Shown: positions 26,552 through 36,693 of the stretch, in pieces | Layout of the letters: every line of letters begins with the position of its first letter | How positions within the stretch are numbered: position 1 is the stretch's first letter | Sequence record: DRR723986_7113 | Length of the DNA: 43,905 nucleotides | Reading direction: 5' to 3' (one strand) | Position numbers and translations under genes: made by a program | The notes under the pieces: generated by a model | Told to the model about the DNA's origin: nothing | What the model saw: the letters and a program-made list of their open reading frames with translations, nothing else | Databases searched by the model: none

Positions 26552-28285
26552 TCATTTAATAAGGCAGCGCAGTGCGATCATTGTAATGTCGTCACTTTGA
26601 CTTACTCCATAGGAGTGACGCTCGACTTCCAACAAGATATTATTGACAAGCACATCAACTTTTTCACCGTCCGAGCGGCGAATCACATCCAGCAGCTTGG
26701 GTTCTGAGAATTCACGGCCGTCTTTGTCCAAGGCTTCAGATACACCATCGGTATACATCAGCAGCGTGTCGCCAGGGTGGAGTTCGACTGTGCCTTCCTC
26801 ATAGGGCATCATCGTCTCCAGCACTCCCAGAATTATACCGCCATCCCGCAGCTCTTCCATTTCGCCATTGGCACGTAAGAGCATGGGTGGATTGTGGCCG
26901 GCATTGGTGTATGTGAATTCCATGGTCTTGATGTTTAGTCGTCCACAGAAGAAGGTGACAAATTTATCCGAGGTTGTGTTTTGAACAAGCAAATCGTTTA
27001 TGCGGGCAACCATCTTTGATAATGTGAGGTCCAGTCCCGCCAGTGCGCGCAACGCTGCTTGAGTGTTGGCCATCAATAGTGCCGCCGGGGTGGATTTTCC
27101 GGAGACGTCGGCGATAGCGAGCATGACTTCGTCATCGTTGAGTGGAATGATATCAAAATAATCACCGCCGACCTGTTTGGATGGGATGTTGCGCGCGGCC
27201 AATTCGACGTTTTCATATTGCGGTATGGTATCGGGTAACAAGCCCTGTTGAATTTGACGGGCAATATTGAGTTCTTCTTCCAGGCGTTTTTTCTCAAGCT
27301 CTTCTTTGAAAAGGCGTGCACTTTCAAGCGCGCTCATTGCAGTATTGGCGAGCGCTTCCAAATAGTTCTCGTCTTCTTCACCAAATCCGACGCGGTTGAG
27401 TTTGCGGCCGATTACCAGAAAACCTTTGGTTTCATTCTGGACACGCATCGGCACCAGGATTTCGGCATCGGCTTCGCGGATCAGTTGCTCCAGGTCTTCG
27501 TTCTCAATTGTGTCGCGGACGGTATTCACAATTCCCGACAAAGACTGCAGGGCTTCAATATGGCGCTCCTGCGGCGACACTTTGAGTCGGTTGACACTTA
27601 GATTGAGTTTGCCGTCATCGTCACGCGTGAACAGGGCAAAGCGGCTAACCATCAGCTGCCCCATCAGCCTGTAGGTTAACAGGCGAATTATCTCATCCTC
27701 GTCCAGGAGTGTCGTAAACTCTCGACTTATCTCAAACAAGGTGGTCAGCAGTTGGGTTTTGCCTTCCAGGTAACGTTTGGCTTGTGTCAGAGACCTGACG
27801 TTACGCGCTTTCATGAGTGCGGTGGCTGTTAGGGTGCCGACCAGTGATACGTAGTGCTGTTCTTCGCTACTGTATTCCCGACCACCGAGGCCTGCCCCAA
27901 AACACAGGAGAGCCAGGTTTCGATCCTTGTATGCGGCCGGCACACACAGACGCAAACCGGCTTCGTACAACGTCTTATCCTCTTCGCGATCTGGGGACAG
28001 CATGCGACTTTCACTAACGTTCAGCTGCATTACTCCCAAGTCGAGGCGTTTACCTTTGCTGAGGGTAATGTGCCATCGCGTAGGTGGAGTATCATCGGTT
28101 TCGTCCACGGCCTGCAGCGCAACGGCTTGCATTGTACGCAGTTTGCCCATGACGGTGAGCAATGATGAGCCAAGAATAAAGCTGTCGTCCTCTGACGAGT
28201 TGAGTGTTGCGCTCAGTTCGAAGAGCGATTTGAGGTTGATCAGATTCGAGCTGGGGTTCATAGCGGTCTGGGGAGGAATCAACAA
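26552..28285 (-). CDS. Cytoplasmic GAF-GAF SpoIIE/PP2C phosphatase (RsbU-like)
   Basis: Two GAF-like regions; VGGDYFD, IADVSGK, NAGHNPP, MYTDGV, SDDIT; start is TTG 28285 or ATG 28261. Confidence 0.85.
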   Translation of the reverse strand: MLIPPQTAMNPSSNLINLKSLFELSATLNSSEDDSFILGSSLLTVMGKLRTMQAVALQAVDETDDTPPTRWHITLSKGKRLDLGVMQLNVSESRMLSPDREEDKTLYEAGLRLCVPAAYKDRNLALLCFGAGLGGREYSSEEQHYVSLVGTLTATALMKARNVRSLTQAKRYLEGKTQLLTTLFEISREFTTLLDEDEIIRLLTYRLMGQLMVSRFALFTRDDDGKLNLSVNRLKVSPQERHIEALQSLSGIVNTVRDTIENEDLEQLIREADAEILVPMRVQNETKGFLVIGRKLNRVGFGEEDENYLEALANTAMSALESARLFKEELEKKRLEEELNIARQIQQGLLPDTIPQYENVELAARNIPSKQVGGDYFDIIPLNDDEVMLAIADVSGKSTPAALLMANTQAALRALAGLDLTLSKMVARINDLLVQNTTSDKFVTFFCGRLNIKTMEFTYTNAGHNPPMLLRANGEMEELRDGGIILGVLETMMPYEEGTVELHPGDTLLMYTDGVSEALDKDGREFSEPKLLDVIRRSDGEKVDVLVNNILLEVERHSYGVSQSDDITMIALRCLIK

Positions 28286-28313
28286 TGCAATGAGTTCTTA
28301 GTAAGAAACAGAT

Positions 28314-29156
28314 TTAGCGCGGACTGCCGCTGCCAGGGCCAATCGATTTGGCAAGCTGCGCCGCCTGGCGATACGGTTCGACAGCGTGAACACGAATGAC
28401 AGACGCCCCGCTATCGAGTAGCAGAAGGTGCAGAGCAAATGTTGCCCAGTCGCGATCGGCTGCCTGTTGTATATTCAGCAATTTGCCGATAAAAGACTTA
28501 CGCGACAATCCGAGTAGCAGTGGCACACCCAATTCGTTGAATTTTTTGTGATTGCGCAGGAGCTCAATGTTGTGCTCGACAGTTTTAGCAAAACCTATGC
28601 CGACGTCGGCGAGCAGTTTGTTTGCGCCGCGACTCCTGGCAGCTTCAATGCTGCTGCGCAGTTCGCTTTTGACTTCGGCAATAAGATCATCGTAGTGCGG
28701 CTGCATCTGCATTGTTTTTGGCGTAGCACGACTGTGCATAAGCACCAATTCTACTTCAAATTCAGCTGCGAGGTCCGCCAGACGCGGCTCACGGCGCAGG
28801 CCGCTGACATCATTGAGCATTGAGGCTCCGGCGTCCAACACCTTTTGAGCAACTGAATACTTGGTAGTATCGATGCTAATGCATACGTCCGGCCGCAGTT
28901 CCAATAGTGAACGTACCAGTGGAACAACCCGCTCTGTTTCTTCGGCTGCACGTACTTCAGGGGCTCCGGGACGCGTACTTTCCCCGCCGATGTCGATTAT
29001 ATCAGCTCCCTGATCGAGCAGTTTCAAAGCGTGGTCGCGTGCTTTTTCCATTGTATTGAAGCGTCCACCATCTGAAAAAGAGTCGGGAGTGACATTCACG
29101 ATTCCCATTATTTTGGGGAATGTTTGCGCAGAATCGACGTTGTTTGGGCTGATCAT
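28314..29156 (-). CDS. folP: Dihydropteroate synthase
   Basis: MGIVNVTPDSFSDGG, IDIGGESTRPG, GLSRKSF, IRVH. Confidence 0.96.
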   Translation of the reverse strand: MISPNNVDSAQTFPKIMGIVNVTPDSFSDGGRFNTMEKARDHALKLLDQGADIIDIGGESTRPGAPEVRAAEETERVVPLVRSLLELRPDVCISIDTTKYSVAQKVLDAGASMLNDVSGLRREPRLADLAAEFEVELVLMHSRATPKTMQMQPHYDDLIAEVKSELRSSIEAARSRGANKLLADVGIGFAKTVEHNIELLRNHKKFNELGVPLLLGLSRKSFIGKLLNIQQAADRDWATFALHLLLLDSGASVIRVHAVEPYRQAAQLAKSIGPGSGSPR

Positions 29157-29269
29157 CGGCTAATTATCCACACTTGAAGTTTAGTTCTTTGCCATATCTG
29201 TCATTAGTCGTATATTGAAGTTTGTATCAAATTATTGCATAGTACGCTTTCTGCGGAGGATAGAAGACC

Positions 29270-29452
29270 ATGGCGAAGAAAAAAGGCGCACGTCAGACGA
29301 TTACACTCGAGTGCACCGAAGCCAAAAAAGAAGGTAAACCGGCATCCCGCTACACTACGTCGAAGAACAAGCAAAATACGCCGGACCGACTGGAAGTCAT
29401 GAAGTTTAACCCGTTTTTGCGTCGTCATACGCTGCATAAAGAAACGCGCTAA
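29270..29452 (+). CDS. rpmG: 50S ribosomal protein L33
   Basis: RQTITLEC...[39 protein letters not shown]. Confidence 0.96.
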   Translation: MAKKKGARQTITLECTEAKKEGKPASRYTTSKNKQNTPDRLEVMKFNPFLRRHTLHKETR

Positions 29453-29494
29453 GTTTCTGGCTGAAATCTGCCTTTATGCGGCAGTTCAAAAATC

Positions 29495-29533
29495 AAAAGC
29501 GACGCTCCTTCATACTGGAGCGTCGCTTTTTTT
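29495..29533. terminator. Bidirectional intrinsic terminator
   Basis: AAAAGCGACGCTCC / GGAGCGTCGCTTTT stem flanked by A- and T-runs, between convergent genes. Confidence 0.85.
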
Positions 29534-29549
29534 GTTCGTTTTCAAATTA

Positions 29550-29909
29550 TCAATAGACTTGTCCACGCGACGCCATTTCGGCACGTTTACGCTCGATCAC
29601 TGCCAGTTTGTTGGCAACGGCGGCACCCAGGTCCAAGCCGCGGGCATTAGAGTAATTCATCAGGGCAATCAGAACGTCGGCGGCTTCATCGGCCAGTGCA
29701 GAGACTTCAATTTCGCGGCCTTTCCACTCTTTTTTCTGCAGGTTTGCCAATTCGCCGGCTTCGCCGCACAATTCAAGACAAAAGAACTGCGGAGTACGCT
29801 CTGTGAATTCTGCGCGCTGATAGTCGTCGAAGGCTTGCTGAACTTTTGTCAACTCGTCAGCAATTCCACCACGAAATTCATCACTGTCAAACTTACTGGT
29901 GTGCGGCAT
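29550..29909 (-). CDS. MazG-like nucleotide pyrophosphohydrolase
   Basis: LELCGEAGELAN and LADEAADVLIAL (EXXE...EXXD) motifs; ATG 29909 after GGAGGG. Confidence 0.8.
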   Translation of the reverse strand: MPHTSKFDSDEFRGGIADELTKVQQAFDDYQRAEFTERTPQFFCLELCGEAGELANLQKKEWKGREIEVSALADEAADVLIALMNYSNARGLDLGAAVANKLAVIERKRAEMASRGQVY

Positions 29910-30042
29910 GCCAACCCTCCCTGGAAGCTCAGATACATCAACTAGGAATCGCAAAAGTACGCTATTTTAGAGAATGGCGCACAAGTATCTGCAGATGCTG
30001 CTCAAGTAGATGTGACTTCATTTCGTTAAGGATTAGCTAACA

Positions 30043-30867
30043 ATGCCATTGATCGAAAATGCTGATGACCAGCGCGTGGATTTGTACAGAGACCTGCGTG
30101 GCATGCCTGAAAGCCACAAAGAAGCAGGCTTTTTCCTGGCGGAAGGAAGGATTTGCGTGGAACGGCTTTTGCGCAGCGAAATCGAGGTGCACTCGATATT
30201 TGCCACACACAGCTTTTTTGATCAGGACGGTATAGAGAAATTAGCGCAGAAACGCGCCAAGAGTCGCTGCTTTGTGGCAGAAAAACAGTTGATGAATTCG
30301 GTAGTTGGCTTCAAACTGCATCAGGCGGTTCTAGCAATAGGACGGCGGCCGGCCACACGTGAACTGGCCGAAATTGAGTTTCCGGCATTAGGAATGGACG
30401 CTATGATTAACGCTGAAAATGTTGGAGCCATTGTTCGCTCCTGCAGGGCATTTGGCATCAAATCTTTGATTGTGGATGGACGCAGTGCATCTCCCTACAT
30501 TCGGCGGAGTGTGCGCGTTTCGATGGGAACAATTTTTGATCTGCCGCTGTATGAAGTCGCGAACCTGGAAAGTGCGTTACAAGAAATTCAGTCCAAGCAT
30601 CAGGCACACATTATTGCGGCTGAGACAAGTGAAGGTGCACAAGTTTTGTCAAACGTGAAGTTTCCGGCGGAATATCTTTTGGTAATTGGCAGTGAAAACA
30701 ATGGAATCAGCAGTGCGGTACTGGATGTTGCTGATACAGTCGTGGAAATCCCGATTAATGCAGAAGTTGGTTCGATAAATGCGGGTGCTGCGGCGGCTGT
30801 ATTATTGTACGCGGCGCAATCACAACTGGAAGAATCACAATTGGAAGAATCACAACTGGAAGAATAA
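30043..30867 (+). CDS. TrmH/SpoU-family RNA 2'-O-methyltransferase
   Basis: FLAEG, ENVGAIVRS, RRSVRVSMG, IGSENNGI, GSINAGAA SPOUT motifs. Confidence 0.9.
   Translation: MPLIENADDQRVDLYRDLRGMPESHKEAGFFLAEGRICVERLLRSEIEVHSIFATHSFFDQDGIEKLAQKRAKSRCFVAEKQLMNSVVGFKLHQAVLAIGRRPATRELAEIEFPALGMDAMINAENVGAIVRSCRAFGIKSLIVDGRSASPYIRRSVRVSMGTIFDLPLYEVANLESALQEIQSKHQAHIIAAETSEGAQVLSNVKFPAEYLLVIGSENNGISSAVLDVADTVVEIPINAEVGSINAGAAAAVLLYAAQSQLEESQLEESQLEE
30818..30862 (+). repeat. 15-nt tandem repeat x3 encoding SQLEE
   Basis: AATCACAAyTGGAAG at 30818, 30833 and 30848. Confidence 0.95.
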
Positions 30868-30917
30868 TCAGCCGCAGGCTCAGGAGTTTAAGCTCCCGTT
30901 AGTTAACAGAGGCAAGC

Positions 30918-31610
30918 TTAATCTTCAGGCTCGCGCTCTTTGGGCTCGCGCATTGTGTAGCCAACGCCACGAATACTTTGGATCAGCCGTGGATCTTCGT
31001 CATCGCCAATTTTCTTGCGGATGCGTTTAATATACACATCTATGATGTTTGACTCCGTGTCGAAGCTATAACTCCAGACATGCTGAATTATAAGACTGCG
31101 CGAAAGAACGCGGTCTTTGTTACGCATTAAATATTCGAGTAGCGAGTATTCCTTGGTTGTTAACTCGATCTCACTTTCACTGCGATAGGCACGATGCGTG
31201 ACTGTGTCCAGGGATAAATCGCCACACTTCAGCACCGTTGATTTTTCTGTACTTGAGCGACGGAGCAGCGAACGCACACGCGCGGCCAGCTCTTCAAAGT
31301 GAAAAGGTTTGGGAAGGTAGTCATCGGCCCCCAGGTCGAGCCCGGTGACACGATCCTGGGTGGTTCCGCGGGCTGTTAACATTAAAACTGGTGTGGTATT
31401 ACCCGTTCCGCGAAATTCCTGGACAAAGGTGTAACCATCCTTTTTGGGTAACATCACATCCAGAATGATGCAGTCATAGTCATGCTCACGCGCCATGTCC
31501 AGGCCGGACTCACCATCATGGGTGACGTCTACGGCATAGAGTTCTTCCATCAAACCGCGCTTGATAAAGCTGGCAACTTTCTTTTCGTCCTCAACTACCA
31601 GAATTCGCAT
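30918..31610 (-). CDS. OmpR/PhoB-family response regulator (CusR/CzcR-like)
   Basis: MRILVVEDE, ILDVMLP, GADDYLPKPF, LTTKEYSLL, IDVYIKRIRKK, RGVGY. Confidence 0.93.
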   Translation of the reverse strand: MRILVVEDEKKVASFIKRGLMEELYAVDVTHDGESGLDMAREHDYDCIILDVMLPKKDGYTFVQEFRGTGNTTPVLMLTARGTTQDRVTGLDLGADDYLPKPFHFEELAARVRSLLRRSSTEKSTVLKCGDLSLDTVTHRAYRSESEIELTTKEYSLLEYLMRNKDRVLSRSLIIQHVWSYSFDTESNIIDVYIKRIRKKIGDDEDPRLIQSIRGVGYTMREPKEREPED

Positions 31611-31675
31611 ATTCAAACCTGTTGAATCTCATGAGGCTTAAATGGAAGCCCGGCACGAGGTTATGGGTAGCGTTA

Positions 31676-34600
31676 TTAAAATGCTTTAGCCACAAAAACT
31701 GGATAGACTTCACGCGTGCCGTCAGAAAACTCCATCACCATGTAGTACATGCCGTTGGGAGCAACTGCATTTTCACGCCGCAGGATACCATCCCAGGCGT
31801 CACAATAGGTTCGGTCGGGCTCACGAAATTCATTGGTTACCGGCTCTGCGACAATTCGGTCTGCCTGGTCAACAATGCGAATGGTAACGCTCATTGCACG
31901 CGGAACGGTATACACGACGTTAACACCGGGCTTGGAGGCCTCGGCAACTGGGTTTTCCGGATCAAAGGGGTTGGGGGCTACAACATTAACATATTGCAGG
32001 GTTGTGCCAACAACTTGCATGTCCGTACGTGCGCAGTCATCAATACAGCAGAAACGCACGATGACTGTATCTGGTAATTCCGGCGGGACAATCCAGCGGT
32101 AGTCAGGACTCCCCGCGTCAAGCGAATCAAAGCGACGGAAGGTCTCGCCCCCATCGGTAGAGATTGCAAATATGAGATTGTTACACTGCTGGAATTGCGG
32201 CAGGGCGGCAATTGTGAATGTGCGCTCAGGACATACTATGTTTGGCGGAGGGTCCGCAGTGATTGTTAAACTATCGGGAACAACCAGGATGGTTTTAACA
32301 TCGGATGTATCACTTTGGCCGGGCGGACCAAAGTTAACTGCCACAGCCCTGAAGCGAATCAGTGAATCCAGGTCGGCAGTTAAACAGTTAAAAAATGGCA
32401 GGCAGGGCACGGTCGCAGTTGTTGCGTAGGTACCATCGGGCAGGACGGGAGTAATTCCCAGGTCCGTCCAAATTGTTGTTGTGCTGCCACTTGTAGATAT
32501 CTGCAGCAGGACTTCGTCAGCACAAACCGTTGTACCGGAAAGGGGCACCTGCGCGCCGGCCAAAAAGACATCGCGCTCAAACGGCAGATCCAACGTAATG
32601 TCAAGTTCACCGATAAACACCAGTTCGGTGCTGTCAATCACGCTGGGTTCGACGGTGCTCTGGACGATGAATCGACCATCACCGACAATTCCGAGGGCGG
32701 CGACGTCAATCTGAAATTCTTCGCTGTCGTTACTGTTTGAAACCGGAGTTGTGTTAAGCAATACGCGGCTGCCGGACGCAACTCCTCCAGAATAGGGCTG
32801 GAAGTAGATGTTAACAAAGGGCGTACCGCCAAGCAGATTGTCCCAGCGCAATGGCAGAATATCTCCAGGGCACAGATCCGGTGGCGGTGGGTCTCCACGG
32901 CGCGGATTTGTGACTACGAGCCTGGCTGAAATCTGCGTACCGATGCAATAGAGTCGCTGTTGAGTTGTGACGAGAATATCGTTGAGTCCATCGCCGTCAA
33001 CATCGCTGACAACTACGGACTCGATGACTTCGCCATTAAAACTTTGTTCGTAGACTGTTTCAAATGGATCACCGAGGAAAAATTCCTGGGATCCGAGGTC
33101 GCGCATGCGCAGCACACGCAGTAGGCCAGCGGTATTGTCAACCAGGAAAATCTCATCTTTGTCGTTGGAACGGTCGCCATCAAAATCGTTAACACAGGCA
33201 ACCCAGCCCGCCATTTCCGATGTGGCCAGCGTATCCAGAAAGTACAGCTCATCGTTAAGCAGATTCGGCTTGCGAATGCGAGTACCGGTGCGATAACGCA
33301 GGACCATCAGGCGGTTACGCGCAACGGAAAGCTCCGGAGTGCTATGCGTGACAACAATTTCGTTGCCTGGATTACTCGGAAAGAAGTCACTTTCAAAGGC
33401 TGGCGGCAGGCCGTCGACATCACCGACGGCGACAGACCACATGTGGTCACGCAAGCCCGTGAATGATGAGTCTGGATCAACTGTTTGACTTGGCGGCAGC
33501 GTTAGCTGCTGGCCGCTGGTGGCATCGACGAGGTGCAGGGATGGAATTCCGGCGGCACCACGGCGAGCATCATATTCTTCGGCAACCAGAATGAACTGCG
33601 CGGGCACACCGCCGGCGCCGGCGTCTTCCAACTCAATCGTCATGGAACGCACCTGCGCCCCAGCGGCACTGGTGGAGACGATGCTGTTGATGGAGGTCCA
33701 GCCCTGGCCCTGCGCCATTTGATCGCCGGTCAGGAGGACATCAAAGACGTAGAGTTCGTCAGCCAGTGAAGGATTGATTCCGAATGTAGGAAAGAGCGGA
33801 CTGTTCAGCCCCACATTGGGATCGGGCCTGACGGGCAGGACCAATGAGACATCACCGCCGACAGGAGCAATCGATGGCGGTGCAAAATTTACGATGGGGC
33901 CAACGGTATAGCGAAAGTCAGGATCGTCGAGGATATCAGGCTGCGGAAAAGGAAACTCAAAATCACGCGCGCTGAATTGCGCGAGACCTCTGAAGAACGG
34001 CGGATCAATTGGGTTGGGCGTGCCGATGATAGGCAGGCTATTGTTAACTGTAGCGTAGATGATCATCTCAGCCCCAACGCTGCGGCCAAAGACCGGCGTA
34101 ATCGATGCGGCGAGATTTGGATCAAACTGGCGCAGATCCAAGGTCAAACGTTTGATAACGCCGATTGAATCCGTAGCAGCATTATATGCAGCGATATATG
34201 CAGAGACACCTTGTTCAGGATCTGCAGGTTGACTTTCAACGACTTCGAGGCCGACGATTACAGGAAAGATTGTAAACACGTCGGGCAGGATTGCATTGGA
34301 GTCGATTAATACTGACGGCCGGCGAACGGTGGAAGGCACATCGGAAATGGCAATTTGTTTGCCATCACCGCCGATTAATACGAGTTTTTTGGAGCCGCCC
34401 TGAGCGATAACTGCAACGAGTTCGTTTGGCGCCCATGGAAAAGCGGGATCGAGTTTGGCGTTGTTGACAATGTTGCCGACCAAAGGTGTTATCGGTCCAA
34501 ACACGTCAGTACGGTCCCATTTGATGCCAACGGCGCTGAAGTCCTGCGCACCGAAACTTGCGATGGGCTGTGAACGCGTGGAGGCTGAATTGCCGTAGGG

Positions 34601-34783
34601 ATACAGCCAATTTGAGGGACTGGCAGCCTGCGCATAAAGTGCAACATTGCCGATGACGACCCAGAGACAAACAAGAAGGCCTTGGTAAAAGCTGCGAAGC
34701 AAAGCGCTCTGACACGAAGTGCCAGGTTCCGAACCCTGAAGTGCGGCATACGGGGACGGCTCCGCGAACGAGGTAATTTTCAT
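31676..34783 (-). CDS. Large secreted protein with FG-GAP-like repeats and a C-terminal FlgD-Ig/T9SS-like domain
   Basis: AVGDVDG, NDFDGD, SDVDGDGLNDILV motifs; C-terminal APNPF...AWDG...NGMYY; ATGA overlap with the upstream gene. Confidence 0.7.
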   Translation of the reverse strand: MKITSFAEPSPYAALQGSEPGTSCQSALLRSFYQGLLVCLWVVIGNVALYAQAASPSNWLYPYGNSASTRSQPIASFGAQDFSAVGIKWDRTDVFGPITPLVGNIVNNAKLDPAFPWAPNELVAVIAQGGSKKLVLIGGDGKQIAISDVPSTVRRPSVLIDSNAILPDVFTIFPVIVGLEVVESQPADPEQGVSAYIAAYNAATDSIGVIKRLTLDLRQFDPNLAASITPVFGRSVGAEMIIYATVNNSLPIIGTPNPIDPPFFRGLAQFSARDFEFPFPQPDILDDPDFRYTVGPIVNFAPPSIAPVGGDVSLVLPVRPDPNVGLNSPLFPTFGINPSLADELYVFDVLLTGDQMAQGQGWTSINSIVSTSAAGAQVRSMTIELEDAGAGGVPAQFILVAEEYDARRGAAGIPSLHLVDATSGQQLTLPPSQTVDPDSSFTGLRDHMWSVAVGDVDGLPPAFESDFFPSNPGNEIVVTHSTPELSVARNRLMVLRYRTGTRIRKPNLLNDELYFLDTLATSEMAGWVACVNDFDGDRSNDKDEIFLVDNTAGLLRVLRMRDLGSQEFFLGDPFETVYEQSFNGEVIESVVVSDVDGDGLNDILVTTQQRLYCIGTQISARLVVTNPRRGDPPPPDLCPGDILPLRWDNLLGGTPFVNIYFQPYSGGVASGSRVLLNTTPVSNSNDSEEFQIDVAALGIVGDGRFIVQSTVEPSVIDSTELVFIGELDITLDLPFERDVFLAGAQVPLSGTTVCADEVLLQISTSGSTTTIWTDLGITPVLPDGTYATTATVPCLPFFNCLTADLDSLIRFRAVAVNFGPPGQSDTSDVKTILVVPDSLTITADPPPNIVCPERTFTIAALPQFQQCNNLIFAISTDGGETFRRFDSLDAGSPDYRWIVPPELPDTVIVRFCCIDDCARTDMQVVGTTLQYVNVVAPNPFDPENPVAEASKPGVNVVYTVPRAMSVTIRIVDQADRIVAEPVTNEFREPDRTYCDAWDGILRRENAVAPNGMYYMVMEFSDGTREVYPVFVAKAF

Positions 34784-35340
34784 GAGCGCATTGATTCGAC
34801 GTAGTTCTTCAATTCCGCATGGAGCGCGCGTTGTTTGGACACTACATCCCGTAATGTCATAGCATCTGTCTGGAACTTGCCGATTTTTTCGTTCACCACG
34901 GTTATTAAATCGCTAATTGTCTGGATATTTCCGGTAATCGTTTCGACGATATTCTTATCGTCAAAGGTATCGTATTGATACCGAATTTGCGTTTGCAGCA
35001 TCGTAACCTGCACGCGCAACTGCTTGATAAATTTGTTGACCTTGGGATATGCTCGGGAGAAACTGCTTTCCAGGCCTGAACAACGCGTCACGTACTCATT
35101 AAGTGTGACGATACGATTTTCGAAGAAGGTACGATATTTGCCGTCGCTGACAGCACTTGAAACGACTCGGGCGTCAATTTGGGCGGTGCGCAGACGCCCG
35201 GTCCACTCTTCAATGGACTCGGAATATTCACTGAAGGCCGCAACAAGGCCAACGAGTGTATCGTGAGCGCGGACCAGCGTTTTATCGAGAAAAGTAACGA
35301 CGTCTTTCATAGAATCAAATCCTGAGCGATTCCGAGGCAT
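34780..35340 (-). CDS. Hypothetical alpha-helical/coiled-coil protein
   Basis: 186-aa ORF (possible start at ATG 35310), amphipathic helical composition, stop overlaps the next start. Confidence 0.65.
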   Translation of the reverse strand: MPRNRSGFDSMKDVVTFLDKTLVRAHDTLVGLVAAFSEYSESIEEWTGRLRTAQIDARVVSSAVSDGKYRTFFENRIVTLNEYVTRCSGLESSFSRAYPKVNKFIKQLRVQVTMLQTQIRYQYDTFDDKNIVETITGNIQTISDLITVVNEKIGKFQTDAMTLRDVVSKQRALHAELKNYVESMRS

Positions 35341-35695
35341 GCGTGCTTATGTGTGCCATATTCAGCTGCCAAACGGCACGGGCGGTGATTTGCATTCCTT
35401 TTGCTATTTTTGGAGTTAGCTTTGTGAGCAGTTGTTGACGGTTTGTGTGGTTTGAAGCCGATAGTTTCCCTCCAATGTTCCCTCTCCGATAGTTTCCTTT
35501 GGGAAACGAGCTTGCAGATAGGTGCACGACAGCTCGGAAGCAAGGTGTCGGGCCTGGAATAATGGGTCTGGAATGCTGATCCTGAAAAAACAGGCTTTAG
35601 ACTCCGACCCGTCAACAGGTGTCCAAAATCACGCCGAATACGCAATTTCGGCAGCGCCGACCTAAAAATCTAAGAAAATCTGTCTCAAAACTGAA

Positions 35696-36682
35696 ATGTC
35701 CATGAGTGATTCCATCAGTGTACGTGTGTACGAACCATCCCAACGCAGTGAATGGGACACATTCGTAGAGGGTTCCAACAATGGGACGATGTTTCACAAG
35801 CAGGCGTTTCTGGATTACCACAGCGAAGGCAGATTTGAGTTTCACCACCTGATGTTTTATGAGGGTGAGCGGCTTCTGGCGGTACTGCCTGGTGGTCTTA
35901 AAGATGAAGGCCGTGAATATTGGTCACCTATGGGCGCGAGTTATGGCTCGATGGTAACGGGCAATCTTGCGTTTGAAAAGAGCCTGGAATTGGTGGACTG
36001 TTTGCTGGCACACGGCCGCAAAGTGGGCTGGCGTAATTTGTACATGATTCCCCCACCTTTGATTTACAGTGTGAATTACCAGCAGCATGTAGAATATGCA
36101 ATGCTGTACCGCAAGTTTGGTTTTGAGCTGCATTACATCTCACATGCCATAGACTTAAAACACGGTGCTGACTTTTTGCGCTATTTTGACAAGACGGCCC
36201 GCAAAACTGTGCGCAAGGTGCTGCGCGAAGAAAAGTTGCGCATTTGCGAGAGTACAGATTATGAGGCGTTCTATCCCGTGCTGATGGCGAATAAGGAAAA
36301 ACACAATGCCAAGCCGACGCACTCGCTTGAAGACCTGCTGCGCCTAAAAGAGCTGATGCCGGAACACCTGCGCCTCCTGCTGGTGTATCATGAAGAAGAA
36401 GTGATTGCCGGCTCTCTCCTGTTTCTATGTAATGACAAGGTTGTTCTGTGTTTTTACAACATGCTGCGCTATGAGTACGAACATTTGAAGCCTGTGTATT
36501 TGATAATGTATGAAACAGTACGCTGGGCGAGCGAAAATGGCTATGAGTGGGTCGATATTGGAGTTTCGCAGGTACCGGGCGATCCGGACCCGATGACTCC
36601 GGCTTTGAGTTTGATAGGTTTTAAGGAGCGGTTTAACGCCGGCGGAATTCTGCGGAGCACGTATCACTACAATTTTGAATGA
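35696..36682 (+). CDS. GNAT-fold (FemAB-like) acyltransferase
   Basis: WDTFVEGSNNGTMFH, SPMGASYG, VDIGVS, LIGFKERFNAG motifs. Confidence 0.8.
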   Translation: MSMSDSISVRVYEPSQRSEWDTFVEGSNNGTMFHKQAFLDYHSEGRFEFHHLMFYEGERLLAVLPGGLKDEGREYWSPMGASYGSMVTGNLAFEKSLELVDCLLAHGRKVGWRNLYMIPPPLIYSVNYQQHVEYAMLYRKFGFELHYISHAIDLKHGADFLRYFDKTARKTVRKVLREEKLRICESTDYEAFYPVLMANKEKHNAKPTHSLEDLLRLKELMPEHLRLLLVYHEEEVIAGSLLFLCNDKVVLCFYNMLRYEYEHLKPVYLIMYETVRWASENGYEWVDIGVSQVPGDPDPMTPALSLIGFKERFNAGGILRSTYHYNFE

Positions 36683-36693
36683 GCTGAGCATGC

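Noticed and set aside
29164-29172. Perfect DnaA box TTATCCACA / oriC
   Set aside because: Single 9-mer with no cluster and no dnaA context; a lone hit in 44 kb is plausible by chance
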